This document shows positions 1-14,989 of a stretch of DNA of 64,000 nucleotides, in pieces. The translations under genes were made by a program, and so were the position numbers. This DNA comes from the human T2T-CHM13v2.0 reference genome, Homo sapiens, in NCBI RefSeq assembly GCF_009914755.1, contig NC_060932.1; one strand, given 5' to 3'. Numbering within the stretch: position 1 is the first letter of the stretch; each line of letters opens with the position of its first letter. Under the pieces are notes generated by a model. It searched no databases. It was not told the DNA's origin and was given only the letters and a program-made list of their open reading frames with translations.

Positions 1-673
1 AAGGTTAGGGGATTAAATCTATTTGATGTAACACTTTGTGTGATTTCTTCTGGCTTTGCCTCTGTTCCCCAATGAAGTCCTCTAATCTTCAAAGTTGACT
101 TCAGCTGCTCAATCTCTCATTGTGGGACTGTGCTTTTGTTTTGATTCTGGAAAGATAAAACTGAAGCTCGGTTTCCTTATCCTGGCTGCATGGACTTTGT
201 GATACGCACAAAGGGAGGAGGAGCCACAGAGCTCATCTAGTTCAGCCAGCTCAGTTTACCAGTGAGAAGGCTGAAACGTGCCACCATGTCCCCCAGCCTT
301 TGATGTCAGCCTGTTCGCAGGGCCACAGCTGTGCATTTCCCTTCCGCGGTGCTGCTCTGGTCATATCTCATATTAGGTCCATTGCAAGGTGCTTTATCTC
401 TGGCTTTCTCCATAATATGTTTTCTGTCTCCTGCTGTTTCTCTTTTTTTCTGTCAGTCTCTGGCTTGTCTTTTCCCCCATGGTGGGATCTTAGTTGGCCT
501 GGACCTAGCGTGCTTTGCATCCCACAAAGGAGGTGGGTGGTGACTGAGTTGATGCTCCTCTGTTGCTCATGTGTTGTCTGTGACTGGCAGGAACTGACAC
601 ATTGATCTGAGCCTTCCTACTGTCTCCTGTTTCCACTCTATTTCTGCCCTACCATCCTTTCTTCTCCTCCCGG

Positions 674-688
674 GCACATACACGCGCG

Positions 689-729
<41 letters not shown>
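674..729. repeat. (CG)n/(CA)n alternating purine-pyrimidine microsatellite
   Basis: gcacatacacgcgcgcacgcgcgcgcacacaca... seen directly. Confidence 0.95.
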
Positions 730-730
<1 letters not shown>

Positions 731-1569
731 ACCATTCACCAAAAGGCAGACCATGCCAAAAATAAGGTTTCAGATAGGTATAGAAGGTATAAACAAGGAG
801 GATGGCAGTTCAGTGTCCTGTGCAGGAGGGATTGGGACATTAGTCAGCAAAGGGAGGACTTGGATTCTCTTCAAGCCATGTATATATAGCAAACATACTG
901 TGTTTACGTCGTTTGTTTTCTAAAGATCTGTTTATTCATACCTTACCTAAGAGTAGTAAAACTAACTTTTCCACATGAAAGAATGTTATTGAATATTTTC
1001 AAATTAGGGATGGCTTTGGAAGGTGCTAGTGGAGATGGTGGGGAGTTGGGAGGGCCCTGGGCAGGGTGCCCCTGAGGTGCGTGGCCTCCCCTATTAGAGC
1101 CCTCTCTCAGGCCACAGGCCTCCCCAGGAGCCCATGCTGAACGGCTGTCTCTGTGAGTGGAGTGTACATGCCCCTTCACACTCAGTCTTGTCCTCTTATT
1201 TTCCATTCTCCCCACCCTTGGCACATATTCTCAAGTCAAGTAGTGAAAATGAATAGGAAAAATGGAGCCCAAACTTGCCCTCTCCTTCACAGACAGTTTT
1301 GGGGAAGTGCCTGCAGTGGATAGCATGTCCGGAAAAATTTTCTGGCAACTTGAAATGCATTTATCCTTGACCTGTTAAATGCTGCCCTGCACGGCTGTGT
1401 ATAGGCCAAAAGTGGATTGTGTCCATTTGTCTCATCACGTATGTGTGAGTTCATGTATGTTATCTATGTAGTAGACTTGGTCAACTTCTACAGGAAGGGA
1501 GCCTTGTGATTCTTTTTGTAGAGTCTAAATAACAAAAAAGACCTTTGACTTTCTCCATAGGATTTTATA

Positions 1570-1960
1570 ATAGTCAGGATGCTTTTGACTGCAAGTGATA
1601 GAAAACGCATTTCAAAATGGCTTAAACACTAAGGAAATTCGTTATTTTCTTACGTAACAAGACGTTCTGAGATAGGGTGGTTGGCAGACTGGCTTATTCA
1701 GCGGCTCAGTGACCTGTGAAGACCCAGCTTCTTTACCCCTTTCTGTTCTGCCGTCTTCTAGGCTGCAGTCTGCCCTGCTGGCCTTGAGACAGCTCCTGCA
1801 GTGCCAGCCATGTAGTGGCAGGCAATGGCCAGCAGATGAAGAGATCATCTCTTCTCTTGTGTCTTTACTTGAGTAGAGACCCCTTTTCTAGCAATCCTCC
1901 AGCACACTTACATGTCTTTGACTAGGATTGGGCCACATGTCTCTTCTCAACCAGTTCCAA
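1570..1960. mobile_element. Old MLT1-type (MaLR) LTR remnant
   Basis: tgcaagtgatagaaaac...tggcttaaac...aaggaaatt...ttatt resembles recalled MLT1J/K/L consensus. Boundaries approximate. Confidence 0.55.
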
Positions 1961-2688
1961 GGACAGAAATTTATAGTGTTTAGAGGAGTAGGTGTTCAAC
2001 AGATATTTGTTGGCTAGAAGAATGACAGGGGACTAGGATTACCTCTGCTGGTTTAGAATCCACCCCTGAGCTATATGGCAGAGGAGTGGACACTCAAACA
2101 AAATTTTGTGTGACAATCAACAGGGTGAGTGGTAGGATTAGGTCCCAGAGTTCTTTCATTCAGTCCCATAAGCAGATGTGGAGGGAGAGGGCTGGCAGTG
2201 AGAGCAGGGGAAGGAGAGGGTCTGATGTCTGCATTTACACTTCTCTCCTGCCCTCTTCGCCTCTTCAGTTCTCCTCTTCATTCTCTTTTGGCTTCCTTAC
2301 AAAAATGTTTTAATGGCTACCTTCATCCCATTATAGCAACTGACACTCAAGTGTATGTGTAATTTTAACTATACCACCCTATCACTGGAGTGAAATTTAG
2401 AAACCTATTTGAGTCTCCAGTTGGCTGGAGATTTCTTTCAACGGTCGACCTTCTGGTGTACATTTCCTGCTTCTGAGAACTCCCTTTAACTGTTGTTCAT
2501 CCCCTTTCCACCTTACCACGCCCCCAAAACCAGCCCAGCCTTATCTGTACTTCAAGTGCCTGGCCCATTATTAACTTCTCATGAATATATGCTGAATTAA
2601 ATAATAAATCCACCTGGAAAAAAGTTCACAGAACAAGACCTCTTTTTTCCCTTTTGTTGTCTGCAAGAGAAACACCATTCAGCCCCCC

Positions 2689-2996
2689 TTTTTTTTTTTT
2701 TTTTTTTGAGACAGAGTCTCACTCTGCCCAGGCTGGAGTGCAGTAGCACAATCTTGGCTCACTGCACCCTCCACCTCCCGGGCTCAAGCGATTCTTGTGC
2801 CTCAGCCTGCTGAGTAGCTGGGATTACAGGTGCATGCCACCACGCCCAGCTAATTTTTTTTTTTTTTTGTATTTTTAGTAGAGACAGGATTTCACTATGC
2901 TGGCCAGGCTGGTCTGGAACTCCTGACCTCAGGTGATCTGCCTGCCTCGGCCTCCCAAAGTGTTGGGATTACAGGCATGAGCCAGCACACCTGGCT
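2689..2996 (-). mobile_element. Alu (S-like)
   Basis: Poly-T followed by the antisense dimeric Alu consensus. Confidence 0.95.
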
Positions 2997-3173
2997 GCAC
3001 TCAGCACTTTTTTACGGTCTTTGAGGAGAGTGAAAAACTAGTATTTCTTATTTTTCCTGAGTTTATCATTGTTTCTTCTTCTGTGTCATTTGACTTCTCT
3101 TTGCTAAGATAATGATAATCATGTCTCCTTGATGTTTAGAAGTGGTCCAAAAGGTCACCATCTTCTAAATTTA

Positions 3174-3570
<397 letters not shown>

Positions 3571-3955
3571 TTTCTTTTCCTTAGGTTTGAAAGTTGCCTA
3601 GAGATCATTTTTTTCACCTTCTCAAATTTTCCTAGAAGAACTCTAACTAATAATAATCAAAAAGAGAAGCTGACTAAGAGGGTCTGCCAGGGAGCCTCTG
3701 GCCTGAGGATACAAATGTTAGCTGTTGGACAGGCAATGTCTGATTTTTATTAAAATACTTTTATTTCCCTAAGGTGAAGTCCTGTGAACTTAATTTTTTC
3801 TAGGTATAACAGTTTCTGGTGAGTCAGGCAATGATCTTATTTTCTAATTTCTGACGTAGATTTTAAAATGCTAGCTCTTCTCATGAAGACATTGGTTTCT
3901 AGTTCTTTTGAAATTAATCTTGCTCTTAATATAAGATTGAAAATGATGTATTCTA

Positions 3956-4303
3956 GGCCAGGCACGGTGGCTGACACCTGTAATCTCAGCACTTTGGGAG
4001 GCGGAGGTGGGCGGATCACTCGAGGTCAGGAGTTTGAGACCAGCCTCGCCAACATGGTGAAACCCTGTCTCTACTAAAAATACAAGAATTAGCTGGGCGT
4101 GGTGGCACATGCCTGTAATCCCAGCTACTAGGGTGGCTGAGGCAGGAGAATCACTTGAATCTGGGATACAAAGCCTGCAGTGAGCTGAGATTGAAGCCTG
4201 CAGTGAGCTGAGATTGAAGCCTGCAGTGAGCTGAGATCGCGCCAGTGCACTCCAGCCTAGGTGACAGGGTGAGACTCGTCTCAAAAAAACAAAAAAGAAA
4301 AAT
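3956..4303 (+). mobile_element. Alu with internal 23-bp triplication
   Basis: Perfect 16-bp TSD aaaatgatgtattcta at 3940-3955 and 4304-4319. Confidence 0.95.
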
Positions 4304-6583
4304 AAAATGATGTATTCTAGGTGGAAGGAACGGTAAATAAAACACATAGTTTTTAAATGTCCCTCATAAGAAAACCAAAACCCAGCGTTCGTTGCTGCAC
4401 CACTGCCCTAAGAAGTCTTCCCCAATTCTCCAACATAAGCAAGAGAGTAAGTAACCAAACCACAGATCCAAATTCTCCCAGGCAGCTTTTATCAAATCCG
4501 ATATAAAGCACAGGTAAGGAGTAGGAACTCCTGTGGAAAGCAACCATGAGGCTGAGCCCTTCTAATAACCTCAGAACCATAACAATGGTCAGAGAAGAAA
4601 AGGAAGCCTGCCTTTACAAGACCACTGAGAAAGTAGTCAATAGTCTGTTGGGAAATAAGATCTGTGGGGAAGGCATTGAGATGACATGAATGTTCACAGG
4701 ATGCTACAGATGGGGCTCATGCCGGGCAGGTGATGCTGTGGAATGCGGGGCTCCTCCTCAGTTGCATCCCCACCCCTGGCACATACACCCTTAGGCTCTG
4801 CAAAGGTGACTTGACTGGAGTAGCCAGGTGCAAGTAACCTAGTGAGCGTAAGTATCAGGACTTATAATCTAGAACATGCCAGCCTCATCCTCGATTTTTT
4901 TTAAAAAAGTAAAATGATACTTTTAGCAATACTGCTGTCTGACAGTAAAGATTGCACTGTTAGTATATAATGCTACTAAAATGTACTTTTTAAAATACCA
5001 CTTTAAAAAATTCAGAGTTTCTTCTCAGGAGGCAATGGGCAGTTATGACAAGGCTCACACTCGCAGGGCGGCAGATTTGATGGTTGAAATCAAACCTAGA
5101 CTGGGTTTTGAAGTTAGTTACTGAAAGGGTCACCTTACATTCCAGGGCCTTATCTCACCTTTTGTAGGCAAAAGTTACCAGTGGTTCCCACCTCCCTGGA
5201 TTAGGGTGGTCCCTGGCTTTTATCTCTAGAGCTATCAGTTCCCTGCCCTTTCCCTGGTCTTGCTTTTCCTGAGCCTACTTATCAGTTCCACATTATGGTA
5301 AAGCCTGCGCCATGCCTTTCCCCCTGTTGCATCGGCTCTAAACACTCCTAGCTTGTTTCTTTCCCCTCACTCTCCTGGTTCTGAAACCAGTCCGCGCTCA
5401 ACCCTCAGATACCGTCTCTAACCCTTTCCTCTTCCTGAGCTGACCCAGTTCTGTGAAAGTTCATAGGAAAGTCCCCAGGTGCTCCTCATGACTCAGCCTG
5501 GTGACACAGGAGGCTCTGATGGAACTAAGGAGGACTCCATGAGCTGCATGACCCCGGGCAGGTTCCTCTGCCTCAGTACCCTTATCTGTAAAGTGGGAGT
5601 AATGATGACACCTTTGTCACTGAGTCCTTATGACACTGTGTGGGGGTGTCTCATTCCACAGCCTGGTGCATAGTAAGTGCTCAGGAAGGTACTGCTGACT
5701 CCTGTCGTTATGATTGCTCTTGAGAATAACATTATAGAATTTTTAAGTGCTGATTTTGTCACAAGCCAAATAATAGGTCATACAGTTTTAGAGGTGAACC
5801 TTATAAGAGGAAACTATACAGAAAACTGACGTCCCATTTTATATCTAAAAGGTTAATTTAGTGTTATAGATAAAGTAATATTTACAAGCCAGGCAGCCAC
5901 CAAAATACAGAAGTCACTTATGGTGACAAGTCAAGAGCTATCGCCTACCATGAGTAAAGAGGAGCATTTGGAAGTGAAAATAACTTAAAAGATGATAATT
6001 TTAGCCATGAGTTTCCCAATGACTTGACAAAAGGTGATGGTGTCACATTACCTGGCGGGGGATCCTGGTTTATAACCTTCACTGTGACTTTCTGAGAAAG
6101 AAGCAGCTGATTTTGAAAAGGAATATAGGTAGTCCTCACTGTCTGAGCCCTCACTATTAGAACTCAGAAATCAAACAGATTTAGATGAATTTTCAATAAA
6201 CCCCTAACCATCTGAGTTCTCACTACCTGCCATCCAAAACGCAGGAACCAAACGCAAATGCATTTGGATAAAGCAGAGTCTCTCATGAACCAAACTCACC
6301 ATCCGAACTGCCACCTAGGCACTGATAGATTTGAATGGTGGGGGGTACTTGTAACTGATTTTCATAATAAGAACTTGACTTATCAAAAGAAAGTAGTTAA
6401 AATATATTTCAATGTGGTCTTTTTAAGAATATATAGATGATTTTAGAATGAATTCAGGAATAAAAATTGCAGCAGAATGTTTGCCTCAGATAGGATTCAA
6501 GATTGCAAGCAACAGAAGCTGACTGTGCTTATTAAAGAGCCTGTTAAAGACTAGGAGTGGCTCACAGTGTCATAGGCTTGCTT

Positions 6584-6712
6584 GGAAACCAACCATAGTC
6601 TGAGCTTCCAGAAACAGGCACCACCCACAGAGCTGTTCTAAGGAGGAAACCAACCATATTCTGAGCTTCCAGAAACAGGCACCACCCACAGAGCTGTTCT
6701 AAGGAGGAAACC
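6584..6712. repeat. 61-bp tandem duplication (2 copies plus 7 bp)
   Basis: Units 6584-6644 and 6645-6705 differ at one base. Confidence 0.95.
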
Positions 6713-7314
6713 CCAGCAAGCATGGGCTATGGTCTGCCCCAGTGTCACTTCTGCAATGGATTCTAAGGGAGTGCCACTTTGGATGGCCACCACCTGCCTA
6801 CTGCCCCTACTGGCCAGGGCTAGAGAAACAGAGAGAGAGGAGAGCTGTACCTACTCCCTTTACTGTCACTAGCTCCTGAGGCCAAGCCTGGCATGATTGT
6901 CACTGCAAAATGAGCCCTACCTGTAAAGAAGGCTGGGAAACAAGCTCTGGTGTCTCTCCTGGGGACATGGGATTCATAAAGTTGGAAATTCCGCAAGTGT
7001 AGGAAGGCTGTTCAAAAGGCGTGGGTAGACCTGCATAGAACAGGTACTCACCAGAATGGTGCTTTTCCATAGCTGTGAGGTGTAAGGTCAAGGCTCAGCT
7101 TGCTTTCTTCTCCCTCTTCTGCTTTTTTAATGAAAAAAGAGAAAGTATTGGCCTATCACTTGTCTTAAGGGAAAGTTTTGTCCTATGAGACTTTTGTTTC
7201 AGTTGTGTGGAATCTGCATGTGTCTGAACTGGATTGCCATGTCAGAGGTGTTTTGTCAGCACAGGTCATAATGAAAAGCCACATGATGTTTCTGTTTCCT
7301 CTGTTATTTTTCAG

Positions 7315-7351
<37 letters not shown>

Positions 7352-7407
7352 CACACATGTGCACACACGTACACACACGCATGCACCCACATGCAAACGC
7401 ACACACA
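7315..7407. repeat. (TC)n(CA)n compound microsatellite
   Basis: Seen directly. Confidence 0.9.
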
Positions 7408-7824
7408 TGATGATGACTGTGCTGTCCAGAGCCTCTTTCCCTGGAGCTCCTGGGCAGCTGGGACATTTTACTTGTTAAGGTACAATATGCATCACACACA
7501 CTTAAGCCTAGCCTGATGACCCACTCACTATTACAACATTGTTTCCATGGGAAATTATGTTCTGACTTCTCAAGACAAAGCTTTATAAAAAATCTCTGTT
7601 GTGGAGAGTGGTGCCTGTGATGATTGTGGTGACAGTCGTTATAATGTGGAGAAAACATTTCAACCAAACTTTGACCTCAAAGTGTTTATGTAGAAAAAAA
7701 AAAAAAACTTTTAACAGTAGAGAGCTTTTTCTTCTTGTTATCTGTATGGAGATCAGCAGCACCTTAAGTTTTAGCCTTCTCTGAAACCAGTTCCTTCTAA
7801 CTTTATAATGTTATTTATCTGCAG

Positions 7825-7869
7825 GTCCGTTCACTCGACCTCATCCAGCCTTATGGCGAATGGTTTTTG
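7825..7869 (+). CDS. PTDSS1: PTDSS1 exon 3 (45 nt; G91-F105: GPFTRPHPALWRMVF)
   Basis: tttatctgcag|GTCCG...TTTTTG|gtgagt. Translation matches recalled human PSS1; phase 1-1 joins exon 4 in frame. Confidence 0.97.
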
Positions 7870-8634
7870 GTGAGTTTATATTAGCAATGTAAAAGGATGT
7901 TCTATTTTTTTAATCTTTTTTCTGCTTATCACTTTAAGACTTTTACTTGCTACTCTCAATAGTTAAAACTTTATTCTAGCTTTTTGCTTTTTGATGTTCC
8001 TAATATACATGTTTTCTTAAAATTATTTGACACAAAATAAAGTGTTGAGGATGACTTAAATTCTCTTACACATGAACTGTTTCAACTCCACATGCCTCCT
8101 TATGTTGTTGTCTCTTAATGTACACAGGATTTGACTTAAGCAAATATCTCTTGTTTTCCTTTATGTGTTTTCATAGTGCTTTTTACTAGTGCAAGCCCAA
8201 GAACTTATGATGAGCACATTTGTCTTGTGAGCATCTGGAAGGGAATGAAAACAAAGCAATTCAATTTCTTCAGTTTTATGAATGAGAAAGAACTTGGAAA
8301 GAGAAAGACTTCTGACAAAGAACCCTAATTTGAACTAAGGGTTAGAAATAAGCATATAAATATTGGATGTCTTATTTTTACTTAATTTTGTAGTCTAAAT
8401 AGTGAAATCACCTAAAGGATTTAAAATGAATCTTCAAAACTTTGGATATTGGCTTCATCTGACCTAAATAAGTCACCAAATTATTTTAGGTTTGGAAAAT
8501 GTAATCTTATGTAAAAATGTACAAGAACTCTAAGAAATTGCTATTTTGCTATAGGCTGCCTATTTTTCTTTCAGCCTTCAGAGCTTCTAGGTAACTCTTA
8601 GTCTCTTTGAATTGATTGGTGAACTTTTCACTCA

Positions 8635-9225
8635 GCAGCCATTCACTGAGTGAGCTGTGTGACAGATGCTGCTCTGTGCCCTGAGGCCACCAGGGAAGGC
8701 CAGACAGACAGGAGCCTGCCCTCAAGGAGCTGCCCTTCCACTTGGAGACAAAGGACAGCTAGTAAACAAACTATTACACAAATCAGTAATCAAAAAAATA
8801 TCAGCTATCTGGAGTTAGTAGGAAGCTAGTTAAGACCAAGGGAGGTGACAGGAGCTGGTGTCTGGTTTAGCTTGAGGAGTGATGGGAGGCCTGAGGGAGT
8901 GATGCCAAGTCTGAAACTGTCATACAAAGAAGGATCCAAGCCTGCAAAGATTCTGGGGGAGGGGAGCATCCCAGGCAAGAGGAAAAGCTGCCAAAATGGC
9001 CCACAGCTAGAAACCACTTCCAGGCCAGTGTGGCCCCAGTATAGTGCACCCTGGGAGAAGAGTAGGAGAGAAGTCAGAGAGTCATCGGGCACAGATGTAA
9101 TCATGGGGACTGTGGGCCAGGGTAAAGAGCAGGGCATGAAGGGCAGGGGGAAATCATGGGAGGGTTTTTCCTAGAGTGACCTGATTCCATTTACATTTTC
9201 AAAAAGATAGTCCTGGCTATAACGT
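8635..9225. mobile_element. LINE-2 remnant
   Basis: cattcactgag...tgccctcaaggagct...ggaggggagcatcccaggca...atcatgggagggtttt resembles the L2 3' region. Boundaries approximate. Confidence 0.55.
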
Positions 9226-10640
9226 GCATACCTCCCATTGATTCAATAGTGCTGTTTGAAGTTATAAGTTATTTTCAGCTATTTGGACACATCTGAATTC
9301 TTCCTATTTCAAATGATCTATGGTAGGTAGTAAGCAGTTTTATTTCCTTCTTGAGAGCCTTTGGGAGCATGGAGCCCTTTGATAATCCGATGAGACCTAT
9401 AGATAGACCCATTCCCTATGTGTGCATCCATGGACATTGACCATGCACAGCTCTGCATATAGTGTCCAGGGCTTCACAGACCTCGAAGCCCAACCAAGAA
9501 CTCCAGATTGAGAATCCCTGCACCACAGATTCTTTCTGTCCTAATGTAATTATTCAAGAGGATCATAATTATTAAAAAGTGTAGTGGGGGGCGTTTGTGG
9601 TGAAAATTGGTAAAAAATGGGTGGTGCATAAGTGCAAACTGAAGGCAATTCTCATATCAACTTGCCTAAAAAATGTGCATTCCCTGGGCCCTAGGATGCA
9701 CAATTATGGGCTGGCCACATACCACCCGGGCCTCCCTTGAACTCCCTGAGGCCAGGAGAGGGGTGCCTGTTAGAAGGTCTGGCACTATAGCGCTTGCAGT
9801 GGATTTCATTCCAGCCACGGACGTGCTCTCCTCTGGAGTGGCTCACTGGAGATTAGTGCTGAGCCAAGTTTGGATGGATGCTGTGATCCAAGGTCATTTG
9901 TATCACGGTCTCTAAATGTCCCGCATAAACATTCTAATTCCAATGAGTTCAAGGGAAAGAGAAACCACAAAACCCCTCGTGATCGTTTCTGAAATCTCTC
10001 TAAAACGTATTGGACAGGGTTTTGCCTTCTAAAAGTGCATTGTTAACATTTCTTTTTAAAATGACACATAGTGATTATTAGGATAGCAATTATGAGATGA
10101 TAGAACAATAAAATAATGCCTACACGGGGTAATGTGGAGTGTAAGTCTCAAAAAAGTGGCCCTGGGCCACCTCTTGAACCTTACACTGGTAGTACTGTCC
10201 ACACCCAGCCTTGCCCTCCTCCAGTCCACTTAGTTGGCTTTTTAAAATGTTACCTAGATCATCTTATTTCCCCACTTAACTTACAATCATATCTGAAATG
10301 TTGGCCGTGGCCTTTAAGCCCTGATGGTCACTTCAGGGCCGCCTTGCTCCATTCCCCTCTCTGCCAGTGCTCTAGCCACATACGGGGTCCTAGATATTTC
10401 TCTTTTCGGAAACCGACCTGCATGCTGTTCTCTACCTGAATGTTGCGTGCAATCCTCACACCCACCCCGCACACCCTTTGCCTCATGATCCTTCAAGTCT
10501 CAGTCTAAGTTAGCATCAGTTTCTCAGAGATGGTTTTCTTGACCACTCTCAATCTGAATTAGGACTGTGTATCAGACTGCCTCATCAAGGGAAATCCCAG
10601 ATTATAAGAGGAGTCTTGACAGGCTGTGCTGCAATCTTAG

Positions 10641-10922
<282 letters not shown>

Positions 10923-11531
10923 TAATAGACTTGACATTTTAAATTGTTCCTTCTCTGTATTTCCTGTGTAGTTACCTAAAAACCAGGTCTCTGGGAGGGT
11001 TGTTGAGTTGCATGGTTGTCCACAGGTGATAGAGTTCAGGGAAAGAAAATCCTCTCATTACGCAAAGGGGTCTGTGAGGAAGAATGCACACTTTATCGTC
11101 AGACAGCCTTGGGTGTGAATTCTGCCTCTGTTACTTGGTAGTTGTGGGACTTTGGGCAAAGTACTTGTCAGATTATTCCATTTTTTTGTAAGTTGACATA
11201 GTAATACTTACTTGGGGGTTATTGTGAAGTGAACAAAGTAGCATTATCTGTGGGGCCTACTGCGAGGTCTGCCATGGTGCCCCCAACACCCCATGTTGTT
11301 GGGCCATGCCCTGGGTCACGGTGGCTGCCCCTGCACCTGTCAATGTCACTCTCAGCACCTGCACTCTCTGGCCTTGATGCCTTGATCCTGCTCCACTGCT
11401 TGCCACAGAGAGGCCAGTAGTCATGAATTAGTTTATTTCATTTGTTACTATTATTTTTATCGAACCATACAAAAAAATTTTATTCTTGGCTAAAACGACT
11501 CTATTTTGGCTTTTACTGAAGAGACTAATTA

Positions 11532-13288
<1,757 letters not shown>

Positions 13289-14533
13289 CTATTTTATACT
13301 ATAATGTGTTCTTTTCCAATGTTTTTTAATCCCAACATTTGGTACAGGTTAATTTTTTTCTGAAAAGGAGAACGGGAATTTGGGCCATAGATGGGTTTGC
13401 TTTGACAAACAAGAAGTAACACAAAGGGACTTCATAAAAGGTCCAAGAAATAATCATTCCCCCATGGTGACATTGGTCAAATCCTTCTTAGAGTGGTATT
13501 TAAAGATTGTTATCTATAAATTTTTTAAGGGATATGCTTAAAGCAAAAATAAGAATGCCAGAAATTATTTATCAGTCTTGGGGGAGAAAGTCTGTTTTGG
13601 AATTTTTTTACTCTAAGGGAGAGAATGACGGAGGTTGACTTCTTAGCCTATGATGATGATGATAATGCAGATGACGGTTATGAGAATAAGGGCAGTTATT
13701 TATTATGAATTGTCTATGTCAGACACTGTGCAGGGCTCTTTATATTCTACATAAGCCTCGTGCATGCATGCTAGATGTTCATATCACCATTTTACAGGGG
13801 AGGAGATGGAAGCTTAAAATGCAGTATCTCACTGAAAACACAAGCCGATGGATCTCTCTGGCGTCAAAACCTGTGCTTTTCATTTGGAGTGTGCTTTCAG
13901 TATATAGTTATAAAAATAAGTGCTTTGATGCTCACAGGAGCCTTAGGAAATAGAAATTGGGAGAAAGATACCCCAAGTGTAATATTTTCCCAAACATCTT
14001 TCTTGCATTTTTGAACAAAAGTGGTCACATTGCAAAGTAAACTGACTTGCAGGTGGATGTGCTTGTGTGCCTCTGCTGATCCAGTTCTCACAGCCAGTAG
14101 GAGGAGATTGAATCGAATGATAATGCTCTTGACACCTGGCTTTCTTAAGAATTTGACATCACAGGGACATCCAGATGTCAAAGTTACAGCCCCAAGTAGC
14201 TGAACCTGGCTTTTAAACTCTAGTTTTCAAGTATTGGCTAAATCTTTCTTGCCAAAGTAAAGCACGAGGCTGTGTTCAGCCTGTAGAGTTCTAACTGGTG
14301 CTAAAACAGCCTCATCTTCTCCATCTCTAATCCCATCCCTTTATACTTCTTTAAATTGTCTTTTGCAATTCTAAGGACCTATTCATTAGTGGTTCCTTTA
14401 TGCAAGACAGGTCTATAATTCCTGGCTTCCCAGAGTCCCTACTCTCTCCACTCCTTCATGTTGCTACCCATTCCTAATCTTGATAGACCATGATCCATGC
14501 CTGGTATCATACATTGAAACTCAGACTTCATTT

Positions 14534-14681
14534 TCCCTTAGAATTAATATTATAAATTAATATTATAAAATATTATATAATATAAATATTCATAAAATAT
14601 ATATTATAAATATTATAAACATTTATAAAATATTATAAATCCCTTAGAATTAATATTATAATATTATAAATATTATAAATT
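14534..14681. repeat. AT-rich degenerate repeat (aatattataa-like units)
   Basis: Almost pure A/T; tcccttagaattaatattataa occurs twice. Confidence 0.85.
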
Positions 14682-14989
14682 GGATCACTGAAATCCCGTT
14701 AGAGGCAGTTTTTTGTGTAATTGAAAAGTTGCTGCATTTCAAAATATTGATTCTATTCAAAAATATGTCTTTAAGCTTCAATACTGGGTTGTCTTGAAGC
14801 AGCAGTCTTTGGCTAATTAATGCTGACCCAGCTTTTCTTCTGCATAAGACACCATCCCATGCTGGTGGGAGTGGGGGAGAGGGTGGGCATGTTCCCTGTC
14901 CTCTTAGAGCTTAGAGTCTACTAGAAGGCAAATTAAACAAATAATTGTTGGCTATTGAACCCTAAGACAATTTCAACAGCTTTTTAGAA

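Noticed and set aside
3871-4347. 158-aa ORF and similar ORFs (12577, 19611, 26294, 34419, 41176, 41590, 42592, 55014)
   Set aside because: Translations of antisense Alu sequence (SPRLECSG...[11 protein letters not shown]); not genes.
6584-6712. CRISPR-like array reading of the 61-bp repeat (also the 23-bp repeat at 4171)
   Set aside because: Units abut with no spacers, there are no cas genes, and the context is a eukaryotic intron.
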